64,000 nucleotides of DNA from Gnetum montanum (lineage: Eukaryota; Plantae; Gnetophyta). The notes beneath the pieces are model-generated. The model made no database searches, was not told the origin of the DNA, and saw only the letters and a list, made by a program, of their open reading frames with translations. Within the stretch, counting starts at the first letter, position 1, and every line of letters starts with the position of its first letter. The stretch lies in NCBI GenBank assembly GCA_015680685.1, contig MNCI01001687.1, positions 222,255 through 286,254 of the forward strand. The letters are read 5' to 3'. The translations under genes were made by a program, and so were the position numbers. Of the stretch, positions 36,064-46,972 are shown one piece after another.

Positions 36064-39000
36064 ATGGGCAAGGGCAAAGAAGTGGAGGGCCAGGGGAGGA
36101 AGGGTCCCGACTTGACCTTCGCGGAGGAGACGGAGGCTATGCTGCAGGGCCTGCCCATGCCAAGGATACCATCCTGGCCCATGACATCGCACAGGTAGGC
36201 TCTGATCTTTGCATTTGATTATTTCTATGCTTTGTCCTATATAGCATAGATAGTCTCGGCGTATACGCCGAGCGTAAGGGTTTTTAGGCACATGGGGTTT
36301 TGCGGCGTATATGCCAAGTGTTACTTTAAGCGTAAAGTATTGTCGGGGTAAACATTTTCCCTGTACTAGCATATCAACGTAAGCCACGACGTCGTGAGTT
36401 TTTTTTTGTGCTGTCTTGCCAGCATGATTTGTTTGTTTTATTAGTGTAAACTCTATACTGTGACGATGTATATGCTGAGGGTTGATTCGGTGTGTACGCT
36501 ATTAGTTTATAGCTGTCTGTCAGTGTAAAGTTGTTTTTTCTATTTCTGGCATAAACTTGTTTATTCTATGCTGGCGTAGACTGTTTACGCTTAAATCGCG
36601 CTGCAGCGTATACGCTAAGGGTTTCGTCGGCGTATACGCTAAGGGTTTCGTTGGCGTATATGCTAAGGGTTGGACAGTTCATTTTCAGCATATAGGCTGA
36701 GCCAAGCAGCATATACGCTCAGTGTACAACGTATACGCTGAGTTTGGATTGCGTTTTTGCGCCAAGTGTGAACGGTTTCACCGGCGTATACGTTGGTCTA
36801 TGTGGCGTATACGCTGAATGCAAATAGTTAGTAAAATTTTTCCAGATTTTTAAGTGTCGATTTATGATGTAAACTTTCTCTTTTTTCAGGCTAATCTGTC
36901 ATGGCATCATGATTGTTTATAGGGACAACAAACGCTTCCTCATCATTGTCGAACTTGTCGGGGTATTAACATGGGTTGGCCCCGTTGAGGAAGGCGAGGT
37001 TCCCCTGGATCTGACCGTGGATGATAACAGGGTTTGGTTCAGGGGAGGCACATGTGGATTTCTGTCCTTCCTATTGGACAATTTCAAGGTGGGTATCTGG
37101 TCCAACTTTGACGAGGTAACTGCAGGAAGCGTGCTTGAGGAGATGCTGCTGGGGGCTACAGAGGATGTCATGGTTTTTATACAGGACATTAATGAGGGAC
37201 CTCTGGTTAACGAAGATGGTACTACCCGCGGGCCTTGGTCTACATGCCAATTAATGCGCGTGTGGGCACTATTGCTGTGAGGGTTGGATTATCTCAACAA
37301 TACGTTGTTCATAGTTGCCCATGCACATACATTATTCCAGAACCCTCCCGACAGAGTGTATCGAGTGGCCAGGTAGGAATGTTTAAGCTTACTGTTTCCT
37401 TTCGCTATTTAGCATTTGCTTCTTGTTTTGACCCATATTTTCTTACAGGCCGAAGACCAACCCGGATGGGACACTTATTGAAGATGAAGGATTAGCCCTT
37501 GCACGCACTGCTCTAGAAGCATTTATGACAGGCCCCACCCTTCGTGGGACCGTACTAAGTTAAACGAAGGGTTCGATGATCCACTTTCACAAGAAGTTCT
37601 CCAGAGCATTTGCGATGTGCAAGGCTCGTGGGTGGCTTCATGAAGACTAGACTGACAATGGGCCAGTCTTCCCTCGTGACTTTGGCAGCACATCTAGATC
37701 TTCCACTAACGGTAAATGATAACATTTCTTAGATGTGTTAGTGGGTTTATCCAATTGTCTTGATTTACGTTGATACGATCATTTTAAATTGCTTTTACAG
37801 TTGATGTACCTTCTGGTGAGGATCCGGTGACCACTGGGCGAATCGAGACAACTTTGTCGATGAAGTTCAGAGGGGTGGCTAAGGCCCAGAAGTGGTTGCG
37901 TAATCGCGCTCCTCCATCCCTTGCTCGTTGCCTGGATGACGCTGGCCTCATGGAGCTTTTTATGACTCCGAGTCCTGATGTTTCCATTGGGGAGATGATT
38001 GGGATAGTAGACTCCCTCAATGAGTCTACCTCATACTACAGCACCCTGATCAAGGGTGTGAAGGTAGTTTTCCATTTGTCGCCCAAGTTCTTTTCAAACC
38101 TATTTGGCGTGCCGGCAGATGGCTTGAATGTAGTACTAGACAGAGCTCATAAGGAGCTCCAGATGATTCAGGAATTGGAAGATTGGCTAGGCGTGACCAA
38201 GGGTGCGAAGGGATTCCTGATGCAGGGGAAGGAAAAATTTGTAGAAGTGAACGAACTATATCCCCTATTTCGAGCACAGGTATTTCCCAAAACTCTTTCC
38301 CAGGTGAGGTGCCTTGGGGTTGAGGCTGTTTGTGTCATGCGAACTGTTTTGGAAACAGGCATGTGATATAACTGGGCATGATTTTTGTTGTCAGGTATGC
38401 ACAAGGAGATAGTGCGGTTGTGCTCAAATGTCAAGGCGCAATCCCATTTCACCTTCGCAATCTTTGCCGGTTATCTTCGCCGTTTTGCCGAGTTCTTGGT
38501 GGTTCGCGTAGACAAAAAGTTTGTTCTGCGGGATCGGGGTCAACTATCCCACCCGTGGATCAATCACCTGTATGATACAGCCAAATCCCAAGATGCACCT
38601 GAAGGCATTGATGAATCCGCTTCTATTACCATAAGGGGATCATTTGGCGGTTCAATCCACACACGTGATAGTTTGGGGTTGGAGCCAGATGAGGTACCCT
38701 ACACTGCTAGAAGGGCAGAACGGGTCATCAAGGAAACCGTTGGCCAAGCTAAAGCAAAGCTAAAGAGGCCTGAGCGCCTAGCTGAGGAAGTCTCCAGCGT
38801 GAACCAGCCACGCGTGAAGCGGATACGCTTCAAGATGCCTGGTAGGCGAACCTCGTCCGTTTATCGTTTTCGTCTTGTTTATAAGTTTTACCCCGATCGC
38901 TTACATGTCTTTGATATTTTCTTTTGGCCCAACTCTAAAATAGTGAGGAAGCAGGCTCTAGAGACTATTACTAAGGAGGAGGAGACCAATATAGAGAAAA

Positions 39001-40521
39001 ACAATGAGGAGGAACATACAGAGAAGAGCCAGGGCGGAGAGACGGAGGAGTTAAAGGAGAAAACCACGGTAACTGAGCCATTGGACAACCAGGGCAGTGT
39101 CGATCAAGTGTTCCGTAGGTTTCTTTAGGGAGACTTGGATCTGGGAGACCCCCCAAAAGGTGACAAGGATCATGGTATGTTTTTCCCTTTATCTCATTTC
39201 AATTTCTCTTGTCAGTCATCATTTTTGTGGTATATTATCTTTTTATGTTTTTCTTTTTTACCTTGTCCAGATGAAGGTAGCGAGACTAGGATGGTGCATT
39301 TGGATGTACCAATGAAGATGGTTCCCCCAGAGAGAACCGCTGAGGCTAGTTCATCGCATACACGTGAGCCATTTACTTGGTCAAAAATGCTGAGCAAAAT
39401 GGATTTTGTGGCTGGACTCGCAGAAGAAGTCGTTAAAGGGATCTAGGAGGCCCACCCTGACATAGGTATACATCGTTTAAAGGTTTGGAACTTGACATCC
39501 TGGTTATATTGTCCTAACATTTGTATTTTTTGTGTGGGAAGGTACTAAATTGAGATGGGATCCATCTGAAAGCATTAGCATAGACAGTTTAACCACACTT
39601 TTCCCAAAAGTGGAACAGGTGTCAAGGCCTGTTTACGATGGAGTTGTGGAAGGCTTTGTGCACAGTGCTAAATCGTTATGGACCTGTAGGCATTCCATTG
39701 AGCAATTGTGGCTACAGATTTAAGCAAAAGAAAGGGAAGTCTCTGAGTTGTCAGTGGAACGTGACGATTTGAAGGCCCGGTACGAGTTCGCCGCTGCTAG
39801 GCAAAGCGGTGATCGCTCTTGGCGCACGTCCGAGGTCACATATAGAAGATATTGGAATTTATTGAATCGTAATGCATCGCTAACTCAGAGAATGGCAGAG
39901 CGCAAAGCCCAAATTGATCTCCTAAACCTTAAATGTCAAGATTGGAAAGCCTTTGCTTCCAAGGTTTTTAAATGGGGTCAGGATGAGAAAAATCACAAAC
40001 ATTATTACAAGAAGTCGCTAAAAGAGGTGTTTATTGAAAAGTGGCAACTACAGATGCTTGTAGAGGGTTTGGGTTTGCGTTCTTCTTTCGATACTTTTGC
40101 TCATAATACAACTGTGGAAATGGAGTCGCCTATGAGGGTGATTACAACTGCTTCTGGGGAAGTGTCGGTTGGTGAATTCCCTCTAAAACATCCTACCTGG
40201 TCAGCTGTCGACAAAGGAAAAACTTTGGCATACGTTGACTTAGGCCTGGATGGGACGGACTAGGCCAGCGTTTCAGAAGAAGAAATACTTCATCGGCTGG
40301 AGTTTGGCTTAGGGGGATCTCTTATGGTAAGCATCTCGTCCTTATGAAATCTGCTGAATAGTGTTTAAAACTTTGACATCCACTTATTCTTATGTTGGTT
40401 GTTTTCTTTGGTATTTCCAAGATGAAGGTGGCGATGATGATCAAGAAGCTCGCCCCAGTGGAGTAGGGGCCTCTGATGCTGGTGGATCCAAAGGGGACGA
40501 TCCTCCCGTCCTGGATGCTTA
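36064..40521 (+). pseudogene. Antisense 8-exon gene of E5: FCP1/NIF-like pseudophosphatase + plant-mobile-domain-like region + acidic linker + coiled coil (~1,070 aa)
   Basis: Exons 36064-36194, 36890-37372, 37449-37711, 37801-38841, 38944-39174, 39271-39465, 39542-40326 and 40422-~40521. All introns are GT-AG, and exons 1-7 join in frame. Nine in-frame stops (37278, 37561, 37648, 38364, 38379, 39126, 39444, 39721, 40261) can each be explained by one transition from CAA/CAG/CGA/TGG. The exon 8 frame is ambiguous. Confidence 0.85.
36590..36820. repeat. Array of GCGTATACGCT palindromic motifs in intron 1 of the E5 antisense gene
   Basis: Near-tandem 24-bp units GGCGTATACGCTAAGGGTTTCGTC at 36606-36670, plus dispersed copies up to 36815. 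Confidence 0.85.
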
Positions 40522-41063
40522 GGCTCTCTTTTTTTTTTGACTCAGACCCAGACTGATACGGGAATTGTAATTTGTGACAATTTTGAGATGACGAAAACAG
40601 TTGATACTTGTAATTGTACAACATTGCATGTAAGAAAATTTTTGTTGATTTTGACTTTAATTGTAAACACAACGCAGCAGTAAAAAGATGTTTTGGCTTT
40701 TTTTCTGTTTTGTTTTAAATGTAAAGCGGAGATGTGATTGTAAATTCTGAACAAAAAGGAGAACACAGTATGCACGCATGAACAAGTTTAAGGCCATTTC
40801 GGGCCCCCCAGTCGTAAATGAAGAATATTCCGAATGACACGGGTGGATATTTTTTGTTAACCAATCATTGCTGATCATGGCTAGTTTTACGTCTTTGCAG
40901 AAATGATAGTTTAACGTCATTTCGAACAAGGAGGGTAGTTTAGTAATAATTTTTTTTTGTTTTTCAATTTATCGTAGTTTAGTGTCATTTCGGATGGATG
41001 GTATTTTAACGTTGTTTCAGACATGTTATAGTTTAACGTCGTTTTAGACTAGGAGCATTGATA

Positions 41064-44000
41064 TTATTGTAAAATTTTTTTTATTTTCTTTTTTTTAATG
41101 TTAGGCGATATGTCAACCGGGATGATTCTGTATTCAGCGTCCCCTTCACTGATTACGTTAAATGGTAATTCAGCCCAAGGTACGTCTGATGGAATGGCTT
41201 CCGTGTCAGTATTTTTAGATGTTTTGATAATTGGTAGGGGTTCTATGTTATTTTCCATTTGAGACGTTGTATGTACAGAGTCAGATGCAGGTGTTTCTAT
41301 TTTAGGAGGCTCTTGTTCTATGTTCGAAGGTTTACTACTTACCAGTGGGTGCGTGTTTTTATCATTTAGTTTAGGCTCTTCAAGTTCCACTTCTGATCCT
41401 TGGTCCATGTTCACGTGTGATGAGATAATAGGCGTAGCGGCTTCCCCGTGTATGATGATTTCACCACCTTCATAAGGCAGGTGGATCTCCTGCTGTACTG
41501 GGGAGGAGACAGCTCTTAGTTGGGCCAACCAGGGTCTTCCTAATATTAGGTTGAACCCTGGCATCTCATCGACTACTAGGAATTCGGCAGATGTAGGGAA
41601 CTGATCTCCTGCTATGAAATCTAAAGTTATTGTGTCTTTTACCATTACGCGTGACCCGCTGAACGATTTTAAACATGTAGTAGCAGTTGGTTTGATTAAT
41701 TCAGTAAGCCCCAATTGTTCAACGATGGGATATGGCACAACATTTGTTGTGGCTCCGTCGTCTACGTGGACCCTATGTATCTTAAACTAGTTAATACGTA
41801 TCGTTATGAACATGGGGGCTATTGTTATTTCCCCTATTTTTCATCCACCCTAATGTTGTTGTCATGGAAGCTCAAGGGCTTAGGAGTGGTCCCGTGAGAT
41901 GAGTACATTACTGTATGGATGATAGGTTCGTTCGGGGGCAAGTCCTCGCTTACCGGGATCGATGTTAACATGCGTACTAGGGCTTCTCGATGTGTTTGGG
42001 ATGTTAGCACCAAGTCATACAAGCTCAACGAAGTGTTCTTTTTCTTCAATGCTTGGGTGACTTGTGTCAAGGCCGTTGCTAAATCTTTACTATTTGGAGC
42101 ATTTTTATCAATGATAACTGGGTCCATTGGGCCCAACAGTTTTATTTCATGTTTTGTTGGTTCGTCATTTTTGTTCGAAGATGTCGTTTTAAGAAGTTCA
42201 TGTTTTTCAAAGGATTCGCCTTCATTTCCCACGTCTGATTGGTTGTTAGGCGACGACATAGGCACAGAGTTAAGTGGAATGGGCTTAGGTGGCCCTAGAG
42301 CTAACCGTTGGCATTCCTTCTCCACACGTTCACATGTAAGCCTATCTACTAGACGTTCTCATGTGTGGCATGGAGGTGGGACTGGTCTTGGAGCCTCGGG
42401 CTGCCCTGGGATTCGCACCACATATGGAGCTGGGCGGGGTCGCGGTTGTGCCATTGGATGTAACTAGTTAGAAGGCTGGCTAGGGATCCTAATGACGTAG
42501 GGGCTAGGCTGGCCTGGCGCTCGTGAGATGGAGGTTTGGTAATCATTAGGAGTTTCGGGTATCCTAATGATATACGGAGTTGATTTTGGTGGAGGTTGGA
42601 CCTTCGCCATTGCGACCGCGGGTGGTACCTGAACTACGAAAGGGGTAGGCCGAGTATGAGGGGTTGATGCATTCAAGGGGACGACGGGAGGGACATGTAC
42701 TACATACGGTTTGTCCCGTGTCATGGCGTTAGGCGTGGGTGTGGGCACAACGGGGGGAATCTGAACTACGAATGGCCTATTGGGTGTTTTCTTGTTTATA
42801 CTGGGGATAGAAAGTGCTAATGATGGTTGCTTCAGAACCATCATCAAGGTAGATTGTACTAATGACGTACGACACCTCGCTGGTGTTCAGGGGGTCTTTG
42901 TACACCCCGATAGCTTGATTCTGTGGTTGGATCGGGTTGGCCTTGTCAAAAGTGATTTGGCCTTCATCGATCATCCACTGGATGTCCTGTTTCAAGGTGA
43001 AATAGTAGTCTGTACCGTGTCCGTTTCATTGATGGTAGTCACAAAAGTGATCCATCCTGAAGCCTTTGGGTACGGGAGGCTCATCCGGCATTGCTAAACT
43101 TGGGTTCTAAACAAGTTGGCAGGACCGGTCATGTCTCTGGATGGCCACGGGGGACAACTGTTTATGTTTCATCAGCCTAGCCTTCATGAGTTGATCGAAG
43201 AGCTAGGAAGGCTTCATTGGCAGAGGCGTGTATTGCGAGGGTACTTTCCTCTTGAAGTTTCGCGTGCGGTTCGTTGTTGGATTTTGCGATGATGATGATT
43301 CTGACGCAACTGTGGGAGTTGGTTTATTGTAGTTAGTAGGGGTTGCGGGTGGTTTGTTTTGTTGTTGTGCCCCTGCTATCGCCGCTATAGTCACCTTAGC
43401 CTTATCTTTATCTTTTTTGGTGTGTTGATTCTTAAAGCCTAGGTATGCAGGGTCATGGTTGTTTTGGGCCGCTTGTTCTATGTTTTTAATTTGTACAAAT
43501 TCTTGGTTAAGATCACGTGTGTTAAGGTAATACAGCTTGGATTGAAAGAAATCGTTAATGGCTCCTTTTAGAATAGTGAGCAGGTAGGTCTGGGAGATTG
43601 GCTCATGCAGTTCATTCAGAGTGGCGCTCCACCTCTGAATAAATTTCTGTACAGGTTCAAGCGGTGCTTGCTTAACCTGTATGAGGCTTTCTAGGGTGGC
43701 CTCGGGTTTCAAGTTGTACTTGAACCGAGTCACGAACTAGTGTAATAAGTCTTCCAAGGAGAAGATGGAATTCCTTGGCAGGGCCCGATACCAATCAAGT
43801 GCCCTCCCTGAGAGGGACATGGGGAACACTCGGAGAATGGAGTGGGGCCAAGCCTGGAGCAGCGCGCATTCTAGTCTAAATGTTACCAAGTATGCATTGG
43901 GATCTGTCTCCTCGTTGTATTTGGTTAGTGTTGGTAAGGAAACACCTTTGGATAAGGTTAATGGTGGGACTGATGAGCCGATGGGGTCATCCTGGTAGAA

Positions 44001-45164
44001 ATCCACTACCTTCAGTTCCCCATCGACAGTTATTTTGAGGAGTTTTACCTCATCAGCTAATTCTTGCATCAATTTCTTGGCATCCGCCTAATCTTGGGCA
44101 CTTGGTAACATGGCAGCTGGAGGTTTTGCTATATTATATGAGTTAGACTATTGGATGGTGGGTTGAAAGGCCGAAAGTTGTGCAGCCAGGGGTTGCACTT
44201 ATGGCACGTGATAGGGGAAAGGTTGTGGTTGCTGTGGCGGTGGCTGTACTGGAGGAATGTTGGCTGGTTGCACCATAGGGGGTGGGATGTTATAGTGAGA
44301 AGGTTGATGTTGCTGTGGTTGAGTGCCCATCGTTACCCATTGTGTAGCTACATTTTGTGGAGGGATCCTCTGTTGGGTTACGGCGGTAGAAGGGGCTGTA
44401 TGCATTTGGATGTGCGGGATGTAGTGAGCGGATGTGGATGTCGGTATTACGTGTGGCATTCCTATCACTTGGGATGGGAGTGTCACTCCCACGCTATCAT
44501 GACGGAGCAGTGCTTGTGAAGATGGGCTAGCTGCTGCATCGGGGACGATGGCGAGAGGGAGTGTGCTGAATTGCGTATCAGTTGGAGGTGGCACATGAGC
44601 AAACGAGGATGTATGCGATGGAGGCATTTGTGTGTGAGTTAATCTGAGGGGTTGGATGGGTAGGATCTCCCCTGTACTAGGGTGAAAAATGGGGTTAACC
44701 TGTGCTTGCGGGCTCAGAGTGTGGTAAGAATCCTCTTGTTCAGATTGAGCGGCAAATTTGTCCTCTTCCTCTAGTTGGGACTCTAGTGCGGGCTGATCTA
44801 AGGAGTGTCTCCTTTGCAGGAGGAGCCGTGTGACGAGCTCCGAATACTGCTCTGGAATAGGGATGATGTCATACGGCAAGGGGATGAACTCGCGTCCCCC
44901 TCTGTAAAAGAGTTTGAACTGCCTCTTTACCTTCAGTTCGGCTCGGTCTACAGCCAGGCCAACTTGTATCTTGATGCATATAAATTTATACTGATCCTGA
45001 GTTATGATGTCGAAGGATGGGTCTCTCGCTTGCAACCTTAGGGACCGGCGGGGCCCCGTGGTGGGTTGTACTCCCGGGTGTTGCGTGGCAGGCTGTTGGA
45101 TAGCCATGGTGTCCACGATGTCGGTTATTTGAGCTATTGCAATGGTGGTGTTCACGGGGTTCAT
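41064..45164 (-). pseudogene. gag: gag-protease ORF of E5 with in-frame stops
   Basis: ORF pieces 45164-44199 (Pro/Gln-rich N-terminus), 44072-43737 (LPTLTKYNEETDPNAYL..GRALDWY) and 43733-43203, knuckle CDYHQ*NGH, and protease VHVDDGATTNVVPYP...NLILGRPWL ending KKKKIKKILQ*. Confidence 0.92.
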
Positions 45165-45764
45165 GATGAATCGTTATGGGTATGACACGGGGTAGAGGAG
45201 CGAAATTAGTGTACTTAGTACAGCGTAAACTAAGGGACAAAGTGCAGCATATACGCTAGGTGGTGTATACAGTTTCAGCGTAACACAGTACAACGTAAAC
45301 GGAGTACAACGTAAACGGAGTACAACATGAACAGGATAGAGCATAAAACAGAGTAGGGCGTAAATAAAGTACGGCGTAAAACAAGACAGCGTAAACAAGG
45401 CTCAGCGTAAAAATAGGCAAGGCATAAAAAGAATACAACATAAACGATGCTCAGCGTAAGATAAGGGATAGTGTAAATACTGAACAGCGTACACGCTGGG
45501 CAGTTCGTAGGATGAATTTTTAGGCTAGCTTGCGTAGACGCTAGGCTTTCTGTGGACAGTCCACATGAAGTTGGCAGCGTATATGCTGAAAGACTTGTAA
45601 AGTTTAACACAGGGCAGCGAAAACACTGAAGAGCGTAGACATTGGTAGGCGTGTAGGCAAGGTTTCCAGACGAGGCTGGGGTTTCAGTAGAAAATAGCGT
45701 GGTTGACGGCGTATACGCTCATCAGTGTAGACGCGGAGACGTTTGCAAGCGAGTTTTTTAGGAG

Positions 45765-45782
45765 GCCCTCCTTCTAGCTCCA
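45765..45782 (-). promoter_or_regulatory. Primer binding site of E5, tRNA-Asn type
   Basis: Minus strand TGGAGCTAGAAGGAGGGC, 5 nt inside the 5' LTR end. Confidence 0.9.
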
Positions 45783-45787
45783 ATTTC

Positions 45788-46972
45788 TATACTGCCTAAA
45801 ATCGTCGGTCACCGGCTGGAAGGAAATAGAGACCGTGGAATCGCAGGATGCGCATAGAAGACCCTACCTTCCCCTGAGGGCAAACTGGAATATATGAAGG
45901 TAGAGCACCTTGGGTGGTCCGCACGCGGATTAGACAAGGATTTACCCACACGTATGCCGAAGTGCTATACGTTGGGTTATGCGTAAACAGCGTAAACGGG
46001 CGTAAACGGCATCACAGATATAACAGGGCGTAAACGTAAATGAGCGTAAATAGAAAACATGTAAGAAATTAACGTAAACTGTAAAAAATGGTATTACAGA
46101 GTCAAAATATAGTGCACAGGTCTAACACAGTTGTGATGAACACAAGATGAACGAAAAGCCCCGGTGGATGCAGGGATGACTCAGCGGATTTACACAGTAG
46201 GCGGAGCGTAGAGACTGTGTACACAGCGTACAGGGCTTTCCAGAGTAAGAGGGTTTCAACTCTGGTGCGCAGCGTAAATTTCTCTGGTCTGCTATGATAT
46301 TTTTTTCCAACCGTCCTAGGTCAAGTGGAGAAGTGGGGTTTTTATACCAGTTGTTACGCTAGACTCGGGTTAGGGGACACGTGCCACGTTGACCGGGTGC
46401 ATAAAATTTACAAATATACATCATATTACATCTGCTGGGCGTATACGTGGGGTGTATACGCTACATCAGGCTGGCGTACATGTTGGGCATATACACTGGA
46501 CATGCTGGGCATGTGAACTTGGGTGGAGATGCAATGGATGCTGGGCGTACACGCCAACAATGGCTGGGCGTATACGCCAGGCGTATACACTGACGGCCGC
46601 CGACTTGCTTCAATTCTTGCTCTTCGATGTTGTCTCGATTTTGTCATCCAGACTTCATCGTCGGGCGTGTGCATTTGTGGTGCCGAGCATACAGACGAGG
46701 TGTGTACATTGGGCGTGTAAGTCGGATGTCTGCTGGGCGTATACGCTAGGAATGTCGGGCGTATACGCTGGGCATATACGCTGTTGATGCTGGGCATATA
46801 CGCTGGGCGTATACGCTGGGCGTATACGCTGGTACTGCACTTAGCGAAACTAAGACAAGTATTAGTAGGAAGGTGCAATGTGCGATGCTAGATGTAGCCG
46901 TGGCCGTTTGTGGGTCGCAGGGACCTGCTTCTTGCTAGGGAAGCACTAAACTCGAAATTTTGTGGTGTTTCA
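45788..46972 (-). repeat. 5' LTR of E5 (1185 bp)
   Basis: Starts TGAAACACCAC at 46972 (minus strand). It is longer than the 3' LTR mainly because of extra GGCGTATACGCTG units at ~46790-46832. TATA-like TATAAAAA at ~46338-46346. Confidence 0.95.

Larger units (their letters stand above)
34082..46972 (-). mobile_element. E5: structurally complete non-autonomous Tat-lineage element (12.9 kb; LTR-PBS-gag/PR-antisense gene-PPT-LTR; no RT/RH/INT)
   Basis: Paired LTRs 45788-46972 and 34082-35215. TSD ACCTC at 34077-34081 and 46973-46977. PBS 45765-45782. PPT 35216-35228. Confidence 0.95.

Noticed and set aside
36064-40521. Interpretation as an independent host gene or as an env gene
   Set aside because: It lies inside an LTR pair with a TSD and recurs at the same place in four elements. 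It is antisense and shows no signal peptide or exon-encoded transmembrane segment.
41919-45041. Plus-strand ORFs (41919, 42780, 43765, 44151, 44805)
   Set aside because: They are shadows of the minus-strand gag-PR frame with no recognisable motifs.
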